A stretch of 20,000 nt of DNA from sequence record SRR31156797_326, one strand, 5' to 3'. Both the position numbers and the translations under genes were made by a program. Under the pieces are notes generated by a model. That model worked only from the letters and a program-made list of their open reading frames with translations, was not told the origin of the DNA and did no database searches. Of the stretch, positions 1 through 7,935 are shown piece by piece; position 1 is the first letter of the stretch, and each line of letters starts with the position of its first letter.

Positions 1-1534
1 TTGCTACATCGCTGCGCCGCTTTACAGTTTGCCGCCAAACTATAATCACCAATATGGATACAAGAACCGGGATTAAAAGCAAAATAAAATACCAGTTTGA
101 ACGGAAGAAAAATGTACCGGTTTGCCTGAGTTGATAGGGGGGCAGCTTGATGTGCCTGATATCCTGGCCAATGTATTGGATTTCCTCTTTGCCCATGCTT
201 GAAAAAGTAACTCCTGACGATTGGTCGTTGGCACCTTTTTTAACTGTTATTTTGTATTCGGGCGAGCTGAGTGTGCTGTATTCTTTCTTTGAAACATCGA
301 AATAGGCGAGTTCTACAGGCTTGATCGTAAAGTCCCCCGGATTACGCGGAATGATAAGGTATTCAAAAGTCCGGGTGCCTGAAACACCACTTTGGTTTGC
401 CCTGATATTATTGGATATTTCCGGATCATAAACTTCAAAATCCGGAGGGAAGTTAACCTCAGGGGCATCAATCAGTTCGATATTTCCTTTTCCTGACAAA
501 ACGAATTTCAAGGTGATGGCGTCATTGGTAACGACATCAGTTCCACTGATTTCAGACTTGAAGGAATAGCTACCTACGGCACCACTGAAACTTGAAGGCT
601 TATTTTGTGTCGGCAATGGCTTAACATCAATTTTCAGGCTGTTTGAAAACAGTTGCTTTTCAATATTCTGATAGCGGTTGTTGAAAAACGGGTCGTTAAA
701 AAAACTGTCGAAAAACGGATCGGAACCTTTGCGTTTTCCACTTGACCGGATTTGAGCTACACATTCCAGTTCACCGGGTTCTATAATAATTTCACCACTG
801 CGTTGTGGAAACAATGCGAATTTCCGTACTTCGGCAACTACATATTCTTTCCCGTTCAAAACCTGCCGCGATTGTGGATATTCTTTGATGTTTTGAAGCA
901 GGTCTTTTGCCCAAAACCCAGGGAATGAAGAAATCTTTGAAGCATCAATATTCGAAATGGGGAGGGTGGTATAGATTTTATAGGTAATGATCACCTGTTC
1001 ACCAAGGTAGGGTGTTGAATTGCTGATGTGTGCCCTGATAAAAAGTTCGTCTCCTGTTCCTTGCTCTGTTGCATTTCCGGTACTTCCGGAATTTCCCTGG
1101 CCGGAACTCTTCACAACCCTGATATTAACGCTGTTCGAAGCATACTTTTTTCCATCCACTGTGATCTCGGCCGCAGGTATTGTAAACGTACCTTCCTTAG
1201 TGGCTCTCAAAACATACGAGAAAACATAATCAACTTTGCTGGTAACCTGGCCATTTACAATCTGCACACTTGAACTGGTGGATGTGTTGGGCCCTGATAA
1301 TACCTGGAAATCTGTGATGTTTGGGCCCCTGAACCCTGAACCTTCAGCGTTGATGTTGAAGCGAAGCTGGAATTTTTCACCTACCCTTACAGCCGTTTTG
1401 GCTGTAGCCGTAAAGTTGATTTCATCGGCTTTGCTTGTTTGCCAGGATGAAAATATCAACAACAGGCTCAGCAGGTAAATCGGCCTTATGATCCGTGTAA
1501 ATAATCCAACCATATTTTTTTTCTGATTCATCAT
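1..1534 (-). CDS. batD: BatD family protein (oxygen-tolerance/Bat complex), 3' end truncated by the window edge
   Basis: Absent from the ORF track, consistent with its stop lying outside the window. Translated by hand at both ends and through most of the middle: in-frame ATGs at 1534, 1531 and 1513; MMNQKKNMVGLFTRIIRPIYLLSLLLIFSSWQTSKADEINFTATAKTAVRVGEKFQLRF (signal peptide-like); SGPNTSTSSSVQIVNG; VKPLP..FSGAVG; SGKGNI; FPPDFEVYDP; FEYLIIPRNPGDFTI; a C-terminal TM segment WYFILLLIPVLVSILVIIVW. It lies directly after batC. The true start among the three ATGs is uncertain. Confidence 0.92.
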   Translation of the reverse strand, partial: MMNQKKNMVGLFTRIIRPIYLLSLLLIFSSWQTSKADEINFTATAKTAVRVGEKFQLRFNINAEGSGFRGPNITDFQVLSGPNTSTSSSVQIVNGQVTSKVDYVFSYVLRATKEGTFTIPAAEITVDGKKYASNSVNIRVVKSSGQGNSGSTGNATEQGTGDELFIRAHISNSTPYLGEQVIITYKIYTTLPISNIDASKISSFPGFWAKDLLQNIKEYPQSRQVLNGKEYVVAEVRKFALFPQRSGEIIIEPGELECVAQIRSSGKRKGSDPFFDSFFNDPFFNNRYQNIEKQLFSNSLKIDVKPLPTQNKPSSFSGAVGSYSFKSEISGTDVVTNDAITLKFVLSGKGNIELIDAPEVNFPPDFEVYDPEISNNIRANQSGVSGTRTFEYLIIPRNPGDFTIKPVELAYFDVSKKEYSTLSSPEYKITVKKGANDQSSGVTFSSMGKEEIQYIGQDIRHIKLPPYQLRQTGTFFFRSNWYFILLLIPVLVSILVIIVWRQTVKRRSDVA

Positions 1535-1549
1535 TATTTAAACACTGAA

Positions 1550-2332
1550 TTACCAGTCTTTTTCTGATTTAACTCTTTTAGCGTTCTTTAATTTTTCAAG
1601 CTTTATTTTTTCGAGTGTTTTTTTCTCATTGTCTTTCAATGCCTGAAGCATTCGCTCAGCGTCTTCCTTTGATATTTGTTTGGGCTGCGGCTGCTGTTGT
1701 TGTTTTTGTTGATCCTGGTTTTGTTGCTGGTCCTGATTCTGATTTTGATCTTGCTTTTGTTGATCCTGATTTTCTTTTTCCTGGTCCTTTTTCTGCTGGT
1801 CCTGCTTTTGTTGATCTTGTTTTTGCTCCTGATCTTCGTTCTCGTTTTCCTTATTCTGATCCTGATTTTGCTGTTGTTGTTGTTGCTGTTTCAACATGCG
1901 ACGGGCATATTCCAGGTTATATTTGCTGTCCTGGTCATCAGGATTGTTCCGTAAAGCATTTTTGTAAGCTTCAATGGCCTGTTCGTACTGTTGTAATCCT
2001 ATCAGAGAATTTCCAAGATTGTGATAAGCCCCTGCCTTTAACTGGGGTGGAACATCTTCTCCTGACAGGCTTTCAAATTTTTGTGCGGCCTCCTCAAAGC
2101 TTTCCTGCTGGTACATGGCACCCCCCAGGTTAAAGTTTCCCTTTACCGATTGCTGGTTTTTTTCCAGGGCCTTCCGGTAATCGATTTCAGCTTTCTGGAA
2201 ATCACCATCTTCAAAGGCATTGTTCCCCTTACGAATCAACTTATTTTCATTTTGTGCCGACAGGTCTGACATCGATGTCAAAATGCATGTGATCACAAAT
2301 AAGCCTGATAATATGTGTTTCAGTATTTTCAT
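1550..2332 (-). CDS. batC: BatC, TPR-repeat protein with a Gln/Asp-rich linker
   Basis: N-terminal hydrophobic signal; TPR motifs (RKGNNAF..AEIDYRKAL, FNLGGAMY, YHNLGNSL..AIEAYKNALRNNPDDQDSKYNL); Q-rich linker; ISKEDAERMLQAL and terminal EKDW typical of BatC; located between batB and batD. Confidence 0.93.
   Translation of the reverse strand: MKILKHILSGLFVITCILTSMSDLSAQNENKLIRKGNNAFEDGDFQKAEIDYRKALEKNQQSVKGNFNLGGAMYQQESFEEAAQKFESLSGEDVPPQLKAGAYHNLGNSLIGLQQYEQAIEAYKNALRNNPDDQDSKYNLEYARRMLKQQQQQQQNQDQNKENENEDQEQKQDQQKQDQQKKDQEKENQDQQKQDQNQNQDQQQNQDQQKQQQQPQPKQISKEDAERMLQALKDNEKKTLEKIKLEKLKNAKRVKSEKDW
1676..1888 (-). repeat. Low-complexity Q/D/N/K coding tract in batC (poly-Q plus imperfect QDQQK-like units)
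   Basis: Encodes QQQQQQQNQDQNKENENEDQEQKQDQQKQDQQKKDQEKENQDQQKQDQNQNQDQQQNQDQQKQQQQPQPKQ. The plus strand shows recurring ttgttgatc and cctgatt motifs. Confidence 0.85.
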
Positions 2333-2342
2333 TTTAGCTTTT

Positions 2343-3401
2343 TCAGTTTTTCATGTTTGACTTTTTGTCACCAAAAAGGTTCACATTTCTAAACCACCGG
2401 CCGCGGCGCTCCAGGATAAAAAACTCAAACAGGAGCAGTGCCAGCGCAATTCCGATGAGGTATTGGAACCGATCTTCATAATCAGAAAAAACACGCGATT
2501 CGAACTCGGTTTTTTCAAGGTCGTTGATTTCATCAAAAATTAGTCCAAGTCCGGCCTGGCTGTTATTGGCCCTGACATATTCACCCTCACCTGCAGCTGC
2601 TATTTGTCGCAGCATATCTTCGTTTAACCTGGTAACCACTGTGTTGTTGTTCAAATCCTTTTTAAAGCCCTGCTGGTTCCCAAAACGATCGTAAACCGGG
2701 ATTGGTGCACCTTCGGGCAATCCCATGCCAATGGTATATACTTTGATGCCCTGCTCGTTAGCCTTTTGCGCAGCTACAATGGCTTCGCCTTCATGATCTT
2801 CTCCATCTGTAATGATGATGATGGCTTTTTGGTGATCATTTTCGTCAAATGCGTCAATCGAAAGATCAATGGCTTCCGAAATGGCTGTACCCTGAGTCGG
2901 GACAATATCGGTGTTTATGGTGGATAAAAATAGTTTTGCTGCAGAGTAATCGGTGGTGATGGGTAACTGTGTGTAAGCATTGCCGGCAAAAACAACAATG
3001 CCCAGCCGGTCATTTTTTAATTCATCCACAAGTTTAGAGATGGCCTGCCTGGCGCGTTGCAGCCTGTTGGGTTTGATGTCTTCGGCGAGCATACTGTTTG
3101 AAACATCGATGGCAATTACGATGTCAATGCCACGCCGTTCTACAGTTTCGAGTTTTGAGCCAATTTGTGGATTAGCCAGGCCCGTAATGATCATAGTGTA
3201 TGCCAGCATCAACAAAATAAACTTTAAATACAATTTTCCTCCTGAAACATTTGGCATAAGCTTATCAACGAGGCCTGCTTCGCCAAATCGTTTCATGGCT
3301 CGCCTCTTCCAACTCTTCATCAACCAAAAAAGGATGAAGAAAACCGGGATTAAAAGCAGCCCGTAGAAATAATCCGGTTCAGCAAATTTGAAAATCTGCA
3401 T
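2343..3401 (-). CDS. batB: BatB, von Willebrand factor A domain membrane protein
   Basis: N-terminal BatA-type TM segments ending LANPQ; MIDAS DVSNS; KPNRL; PITTDY; QGTAI; ITDGEDHEG; C-terminal YEDRFQY plus a TM segment; follows batA. Confidence 0.93.
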   Translation of the reverse strand: MQIFKFAEPDYFYGLLLIPVFFILFWLMKSWKRRAMKRFGEAGLVDKLMPNVSGGKLYLKFILLMLAYTMIITGLANPQIGSKLETVERRGIDIVIAIDVSNSMLAEDIKPNRLQRARQAISKLVDELKNDRLGIVVFAGNAYTQLPITTDYSAAKLFLSTINTDIVPTQGTAISEAIDLSIDAFDENDHQKAIIIITDGEDHEGEAIVAAQKANEQGIKVYTIGMGLPEGAPIPVYDRFGNQQGFKKDLNNNTVVTRLNEDMLRQIAAAGEGEYVRANNSQAGLGLIFDEINDLEKTEFESRVFSDYEDRFQYLIGIALALLLFEFFILERRGRWFRNVNLFGDKKSNMKN

Positions 3402-3416
3402 ATTCGTTTTTAAAAT

Positions 3417-4412
3417 TTATGGTGTTGTTCTGAAAACTGTATTCTTGAATAATATCTCTAATACAAACAAAAGCAATGCGATGAGCACAAATGGGAAAAA
3501 CTCCTCAGTCTTTTTGTGAAATTCAGTCACATCGATTTTTGACTTTTCCAACTCGTCAATTTCCTTGTAGATGTCTTCGAGTTTGTTGTTTGATGTTGCC
3601 CTGAAATATTTACCATCAGTCATTTCGGCCACATTTTCAAGCAGCTGTTCATCAATTTCCACTTCCATATCCTGGTAGCGGATACCAAATGGCGTTTGAA
3701 CAGGGTAGGGAGCAGTGCCCATACTTCCCACCCCAATGGCATAAATCCGGATGCCATAAAGCTTTGCGATTTCAGCCGCTGAAACCGGGTCAACAGCACC
3801 AGCGTTATTAACGCCATCTGTTAAGATGATAATTACTTTGCTAATGGCCTTACTTTCCTGTAGTCTTGAAACAGCTGTTGCAAGCCCGTCACCAATGGCT
3901 GTTCCGTCTTCAATCATACCGCTCTTGATTTCGTGAAATAAATTTTTCACTACGGAATGATCGGTTGTGAGCGGAACCTGGGTAAAGGTTTCACCGGCGA
4001 AAACTACCAGGCCAACCCGGTCGTTGGGGCGCCCGTCGATGAAATCGATGGCAACATTTTTTGCGGCTTCAAGCCTGTTTGGCTTCAGGTCTTCGGCAAG
4101 CATACTGCTAGAGATATCCACGCCCATCACAATGTCGATACCTTCGATGGATACATCCTGGCTGCTCGATGAAGTTTGTGGCCTGGCCAAAGCAACAATA
4201 AGCAAAGCAACGGTAAGGATCCTCAGCGCAAATAATCCATGATAAAGCACCTGCCTGATGCTGATTCCACTTTTCGCAAACGGCAGCGTGGATGAAATCT
4301 GGATATCGGCTTTGCTATGCCTGTTTTTAAACCAATACCACAACCCCATGAGTGGGATTACCAGCAACAAATAGAAAAATTCCGGATTTGCAAATTCTAG
4401 GTTCTTAAACAT
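3417..4412 (-). CDS. batA: BatA, von Willebrand factor A domain membrane protein
   Basis: FANPEF N-terminus with TM segments and ALARPQ; MIDAS DISSS; DLKPNRLEAAK; PLTTDH; EDGTAIGDGLATAV; LTDGVNNAG; IYAIGVG; GKYFRAT; C-terminal TM segment. Confidence 0.95.
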   Translation of the reverse strand: MFKNLEFANPEFFYLLLVIPLMGLWYWFKNRHSKADIQISSTLPFAKSGISIRQVLYHGLFALRILTVALLIVALARPQTSSSSQDVSIEGIDIVMGVDISSSMLAEDLKPNRLEAAKNVAIDFIDGRPNDRVGLVVFAGETFTQVPLTTDHSVVKNLFHEIKSGMIEDGTAIGDGLATAVSRLQESKAISKVIIILTDGVNNAGAVDPVSAAEIAKLYGIRIYAIGVGSMGTAPYPVQTPFGIRYQDMEVEIDEQLLENVAEMTDGKYFRATSNNKLEDIYKEIDELEKSKIDVTEFHKKTEEFFPFVLIALLLFVLEILFKNTVFRTTP

Positions 4413-4431
4413 TTCGATCTCTTTTACCGGA

Positions 4432-5427
4432 TTAGTTTACTTCGGTTACTTCAGGTTTGGTTACTTTATTTTCAACAGCAGGTTTTTGTGGTTCCGTATT
4501 CGGCATGGTTCGTTTCACAAACTCAACTGCCTGCTCAATACTATTTTCGTTTTCCTCTGGCAATGGTTTAAGCTTGGCAAATTTCACCAGATCTGCCAAT
4601 TCAAGTATTTCCCTGAGTTTCTCCAGGTTTGCTTGTTCAATTTTTGCGCCGGCAAACGACCTGATAATCTCCCAGGTTGTCATTTCCATGGCTGCAATGT
4701 TGTAAATCCCTTCAACATACGTTCTCAGGATATCAGAGATTCTTGAATGATATGCTTTTATCTTATCCTTTTGCCAGAGTTTTTCATCTTTTAGTTTTTC
4801 AAGTTCATCGAGTGCAATGCGATACGGTGGCAGTTTGGGTTTGGGCCTTTTGAAAACCACTGGCTGTCTCGTTTTTCGTTTGCTTAAAAAATAGACAAGC
4901 GCAGTACCGGCCAGCAAAATGGCTATTCCCAGAATGATCCAGGGAAGCACTTCGGCAAAAGTGAGTGGGGCCGCAATGGGGCCTTTTATAGGCTTAATGG
5001 CGGCGGCTGTATCAACCTCCAAAGTGAAGACGTTGAGCAGGTAAGGCTCTGTTTCAACACTTGTGTTGTAATCCTGTCCATGGAGAAATTCCAGCGGCCT
5101 GATCACGTAATAACCCGAATCGAATACAGTAAGTTTCAGGATTTGCTCCACATTCATGTATCCATCACCAAGTTTGGTGGTGTCGATCTTTGAACGTTGA
5201 ACAACTTCAATGTCGTCAGGAAGGGTATCTCCAATTTTCGGCCACATAAACGGCTCATCCTCAGGAATCTGCAATCGAATCCTGAAATCAACCTGATCTC
5301 CAATATCTATTTGATTGGTATCGAGTTGCGCATCAACAGTTACTTGTTGAGAAAAGCCGGTCAGCCCCGGTAGCATAAGCAGAATTACCAGATAAGTGCT
5401 GAAATGTTTTAACAATTTTCCTTTCAT
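4432..5427 (-). CDS. Conserved bat-operon hypothetical protein (signal peptide, beta-rich exported domain, single TM helix, cytoplasmic helical domain)
   Basis: 331-aa ORF between DUF58 and batA. Signal peptide; I-G-D-Q-V N-terminal motif; FDSG; IKPIK; TM segment WIILGIAILLAGTALVYFL; PPY.IAL..L; A.EMTT.EI; ADLVKFAK, as in the protein normally found at this position in Bacteroidota bat operons. Confidence 0.85.
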   Translation of the reverse strand: MKGKLLKHFSTYLVILLMLPGLTGFSQQVTVDAQLDTNQIDIGDQVDFRIRLQIPEDEPFMWPKIGDTLPDDIEVVQRSKIDTTKLGDGYMNVEQILKLTVFDSGYYVIRPLEFLHGQDYNTSVETEPYLLNVFTLEVDTAAAIKPIKGPIAAPLTFAEVLPWIILGIAILLAGTALVYFLSKRKTRQPVVFKRPKPKLPPYRIALDELEKLKDEKLWQKDKIKAYHSRISDILRTYVEGIYNIAAMEMTTWEIIRSFAGAKIEQANLEKLREILELADLVKFAKLKPLPEENENSIEQAVEFVKRTMPNTEPQKPAVENKVTKPEVTEVN

Positions 5428-5435
5428 TTTTTGGC

Positions 5436-6311
5436 TTATTGTCTGGCTTCTCGTTTTTGAAATAGTTTAATGAGTTGTTTCACATAATCCTGGTCGGTAC
5501 GGATATGGGTTACATCAGTCCCGGATTTAATGAAAGTACGTTTCAGCCTTTTTTCATTTTCGGTGTACCACTTCCTGTATGTATCCCTTACTGATTTTCT
5601 GGTGGTATCCACCCATACGTTTTTCCCGGTTTCCGCATCCCTGAGTTTGGTCAATCCGATATTGGGTATCTCTGTTTCGCGTTGGTCGAACACCCGGATA
5701 GCAGTTACATCGTGTTTATTGTTGGCGATTTGAAGTGCTTCATCAAAATCAGCATCTATAAAATCTGAGATCACAAATGCGGTACACCTTTTCTTTATGG
5801 CATTTGTTAAGTAGCGTAACGATTCGGATACTTTGGTGCCATTGTTCTCGCTTTTAAAATCCACCAGTTCACGGATAATCCGCAAGATATGTGAAGAACC
5901 CTTTTTAGGTGGAATGAATTTTTCAATTTTATCACTGAAAAAGATTACCCCGACTTTATCATTGTTTTGTATTGCAGAAAATGCAAGAACTGCCGCAATC
6001 TCAGTAATCATTGATTCTTTCATGGCATTGGTGGTTCCAAATTCGTTGGATCCACTCACATCAATCAGAAGCATCACAGTGAGTTCGCGTTCCTCTTCAA
6101 AGATCTTGATGAAAGGATGGTTGAACCGTGCAGTTACATTCCAGTCGATATTTCGGATGTCGTCGCCATACTGGTATTCCCTAACTTCGCTAAATGCCAT
6201 ACCTCGTCCTTTGAAAGCACTGTGGTACTGACCGGAAAAAATCTGGTTGGTCAATCCGCGTGTTTTGATCTCGATCTTTCGTACTTTCTTAAAAATCTCC
6301 GAAGTATCCAT
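5436..6311 (-). CDS. DUF58 domain / vWA-like MoxR partner protein
   Basis: GQYHSAFKGRGMAFSEVREYQYGDDIRNIDWNVTAR (DUF58 signature); EEERELT; DVSGS MIDAS-like motif; ISDF; immediately downstream of moxR. Confidence 0.93.
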   Translation of the reverse strand: MDTSEIFKKVRKIEIKTRGLTNQIFSGQYHSAFKGRGMAFSEVREYQYGDDIRNIDWNVTARFNHPFIKIFEEERELTVMLLIDVSGSNEFGTTNAMKESMITEIAAVLAFSAIQNNDKVGVIFFSDKIEKFIPPKKGSSHILRIIRELVDFKSENNGTKVSESLRYLTNAIKKRCTAFVISDFIDADFDEALQIANNKHDVTAIRVFDQRETEIPNIGLTKLRDAETGKNVWVDTTRKSVRDTYRKWYTENEKRLKRTFIKSGTDVTHIRTDQDYVKQLIKLFQKREARQ

Positions 6312-6373
6312 TTGGATAATTTGAAATTAAAAGCTTAATGATTTTGGTAAAATGAAGAATGAATGTGCATTTT

Positions 6374-7366
6374 TTATGGCACATCGATGGTATTGAGAAT
6401 TTCGTTGATGATATCCTCTGTGGTAATATTTTCGGCTTCAGCTTCGTAAGTGAGCCCGATACGGTGGCGCATCACATCATGAGCAACTGCCCTGATATCC
6501 TCCGGAATTACGTAACCGCGGCGCTTGATAAATGCGAATGCTTTTGCTGCCAGTGCCATATTGATGGAAGCACGTGGCGATGCCCCATAATTGATCATGC
6601 CTTCATACTTAGCGAGTTTGAACTCTGAAGGGTACCGGGTTGCAAAAACGATATCCGTGATGTAGTTTTCGATTTTTTCATCGAGGTAAACTTCGCGTGT
6701 TACTTCACGGGCCTTTAATATACTCTCTGGCTTAACCACTTTATTTGGACCAACAGCTGAATGACCGATATTCTGACGCAGAATGATTTTCTCTTCCTCC
6801 TTTTCAGGATAGGAAATGATGACCTTAAGCATAAAACGGTCGACCTGGGCCTCGGGGAGCGGGTAAGTACCTTCCTGTTCAATGGGGTTTTGTGTGGCCA
6901 TCACAAGGAATGGCTCCGGAAGTTTAAATGTTTGATCACCAATGGTAACCTGGCGTTCCTGCATGGCTTCGAGCAGCGCACTTTGTACTTTTGCCGGCGA
7001 TCTGTTGATCTCATCCGCAAGTATGAAGTTGGAAAAAATCGGCCCCTGCCTTACCACAAATTCTTCATTTTTCTGACTGTAAATCAAAGTACCCAAAAGG
7101 TCGGCGGGCAGGAGGTCCGGAGTGAACTGAATCCGGCTGTAGCCTGCATCGATAGATTTTGCCAGCGATTTAATGGCGAGGGTTTTGGCCAGACCCGGAA
7201 CACCTTCAAGTAAAATATGTCCATCGGCAAGCAGGCCAATGAGCAATCGCTCAACCATGTGTTTTTGCCCAACGATAACCTTGTTCATTTCAAGGTTGAT
7301 CAGGTCGATAAATGCGCTTTCCTGCTGAATCTTTTCATTTAATTCTCTGATGCTTGTATCGATCAT
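6374..7366 (-). CDS. moxR: MoxR-family AAA+ ATPase
   Basis: Walker A GVPGLAKT; RIQFTPDLLPAD; Walker B ILADEINR; KVQSALLEAMQE; ATQNPIEQEGTYPLPEAQVDRF; GASPRA; first gene of the bat operon. Confidence 0.96.
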   Translation of the reverse strand: MIDTSIRELNEKIQQESAFIDLINLEMNKVIVGQKHMVERLLIGLLADGHILLEGVPGLAKTLAIKSLAKSIDAGYSRIQFTPDLLPADLLGTLIYSQKNEEFVVRQGPIFSNFILADEINRSPAKVQSALLEAMQERQVTIGDQTFKLPEPFLVMATQNPIEQEGTYPLPEAQVDRFMLKVIISYPEKEEEKIILRQNIGHSAVGPNKVVKPESILKAREVTREVYLDEKIENYITDIVFATRYPSEFKLAKYEGMINYGASPRASINMALAAKAFAFIKRRGYVIPEDIRAVAHDVMRHRIGLTYEAEAENITTEDIINEILNTIDVP

Positions 7367-7388
7367 TTGTCAACTGTTTTTTGATGCA

Positions 7389-7416
7389 CAAAGATAACTC
7401 TGCACTATTTTTCAAA
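7389..7416 (-). promoter_or_regulatory. Putative Bacteroidota primary-sigma promoter of the moxR/bat operon
   Basis: Minus-strand TATCTTTG at 7396-7389 matches the -7 consensus TAnnTTTG exactly and sits 22 nt upstream of the moxR ATG. A TTTG at 7416-7413 lies 16 nt further upstream, shorter than the usual ~19-21 nt spacing, so the -33 element is uncertain. Confidence 0.7.
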
Positions 7417-7429
7417 TTATTGGCCTGTA

Positions 7430-7467
7430 GTTAAATATTGTTAATCCTGCTGTTAACATACGTTAAC
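7430..7467. promoter_or_regulatory. Four phased GTTAA/TTAAC direct repeats, candidate transcription-factor binding array
   Basis: GTTAA starts at 7430, 7440, 7452 and 7462 (spacing 10, 12, 10). The last two are palindromic GTTAAC. The array is directly upstream of the promoter at 7389-7416. Confidence 0.5.
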
Positions 7468-7537
7468 CCTATCAACTGTTGAAATGCTTTATAATTCAAC
7501 GTTTCAGCGGATTGTGTTAATCTGCTAACAATTACTT

Positions 7538-7572
7538 AAAACAAAAAAACGGCATATTAATTATGCCGTTTT
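7538..7572 (-). terminator. Intrinsic terminator after DUF3467
   Basis: Minus-strand AAAACGGCATA-ATTAA-TATGCCG-TTTTTTTGTTTT: an 11-bp inverted repeat (7546-7556/7562-7572) with a U-tract, 24 nt downstream of the DUF3467 stop. Confidence 0.88.
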
Positions 7573-7596
7573 ACAATAAAAAAATTTAGTCATTTA

Positions 7597-7911
7597 TTAA
7601 GCCTGTGCAGTTGGTCCGCCCAGCTTAAAAGGCATATTTTCCATCTCCGATTCTTTGATGGCTCCATGCATCGATTCGAATTTCTTCACATTTTCCTGTA
7701 ATGCCTTTAGCAGTTTTTTGGCATGCTGGGGTGTAAGAATAATTCTTGATTTCACTTTGGCTTTAGGAATGCCCGGAAGCATTTTAATAAAATCCACCAC
7801 AAATTCTGATCGTGAATGCTGAATGATGGCCAGATTTGCATAGATACCTTCTGCAACTTCATCTGGCAATTCGATGTTTAGTTTTCCCTGTTTTTGTTTG
7901 TTTGGTTCCAT
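7597..7911 (-). CDS. DUF3467 domain protein
   Basis: LNIELPDEVAEGIYANLAIIQHSRSEFVVDF..PKAKVKSRIILTPQHAKKLL.AL.EN..KFE..HG.I matches the DUF3467 family, which is usually found right after rpoC in Bacteroidota. Confidence 0.9.
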   Translation of the reverse strand: MEPNKQKQGKLNIELPDEVAEGIYANLAIIQHSRSEFVVDFIKMLPGIPKAKVKSRIILTPQHAKKLLKALQENVKKFESMHGAIKESEMENMPFKLGGPTAQA

Positions 7912-7935
7912 TGTATTGTGTTTTTGTATTTGGCT

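Noticed and set aside
1020..1478. Three short plus-strand ORFs in a region the ORF track otherwise leaves empty
   Set aside because: They lie antisense to batD, which occupies 1-1534 on the minus strand and was missed by the track because its stop is outside the window.
1515..1522. T8 homopolymer near the batD start as a possible phase-variation tract
   Set aside because: It is short for an AT-rich genome, and an in-frame ATG at 1513 lies downstream of it, so slippage need not switch the gene off.
1676..1954. Plus-strand 92-aa ORF made almost entirely of Leu/Ile/Val/Phe, resembling a membrane protein
   Set aside because: It is the antisense shadow of the CAA/CAG/GAT-rich batC linker, which fully explains its composition.
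3060..4110. Near-identical DNA stretches tcttcggc(g/a)agcatactg at about 3080 and 4090
   Set aside because: Both encode the shared SMLAED motif of the paralogues batB and batA, so this is not a mobile or regulatory repeat.
6312..6373. Weak CATT/TTTCAAATT-like short repeats in the moxR-DUF58 spacer
   Set aside because: Too short and degenerate to distinguish from AT-rich background, with no regular period.
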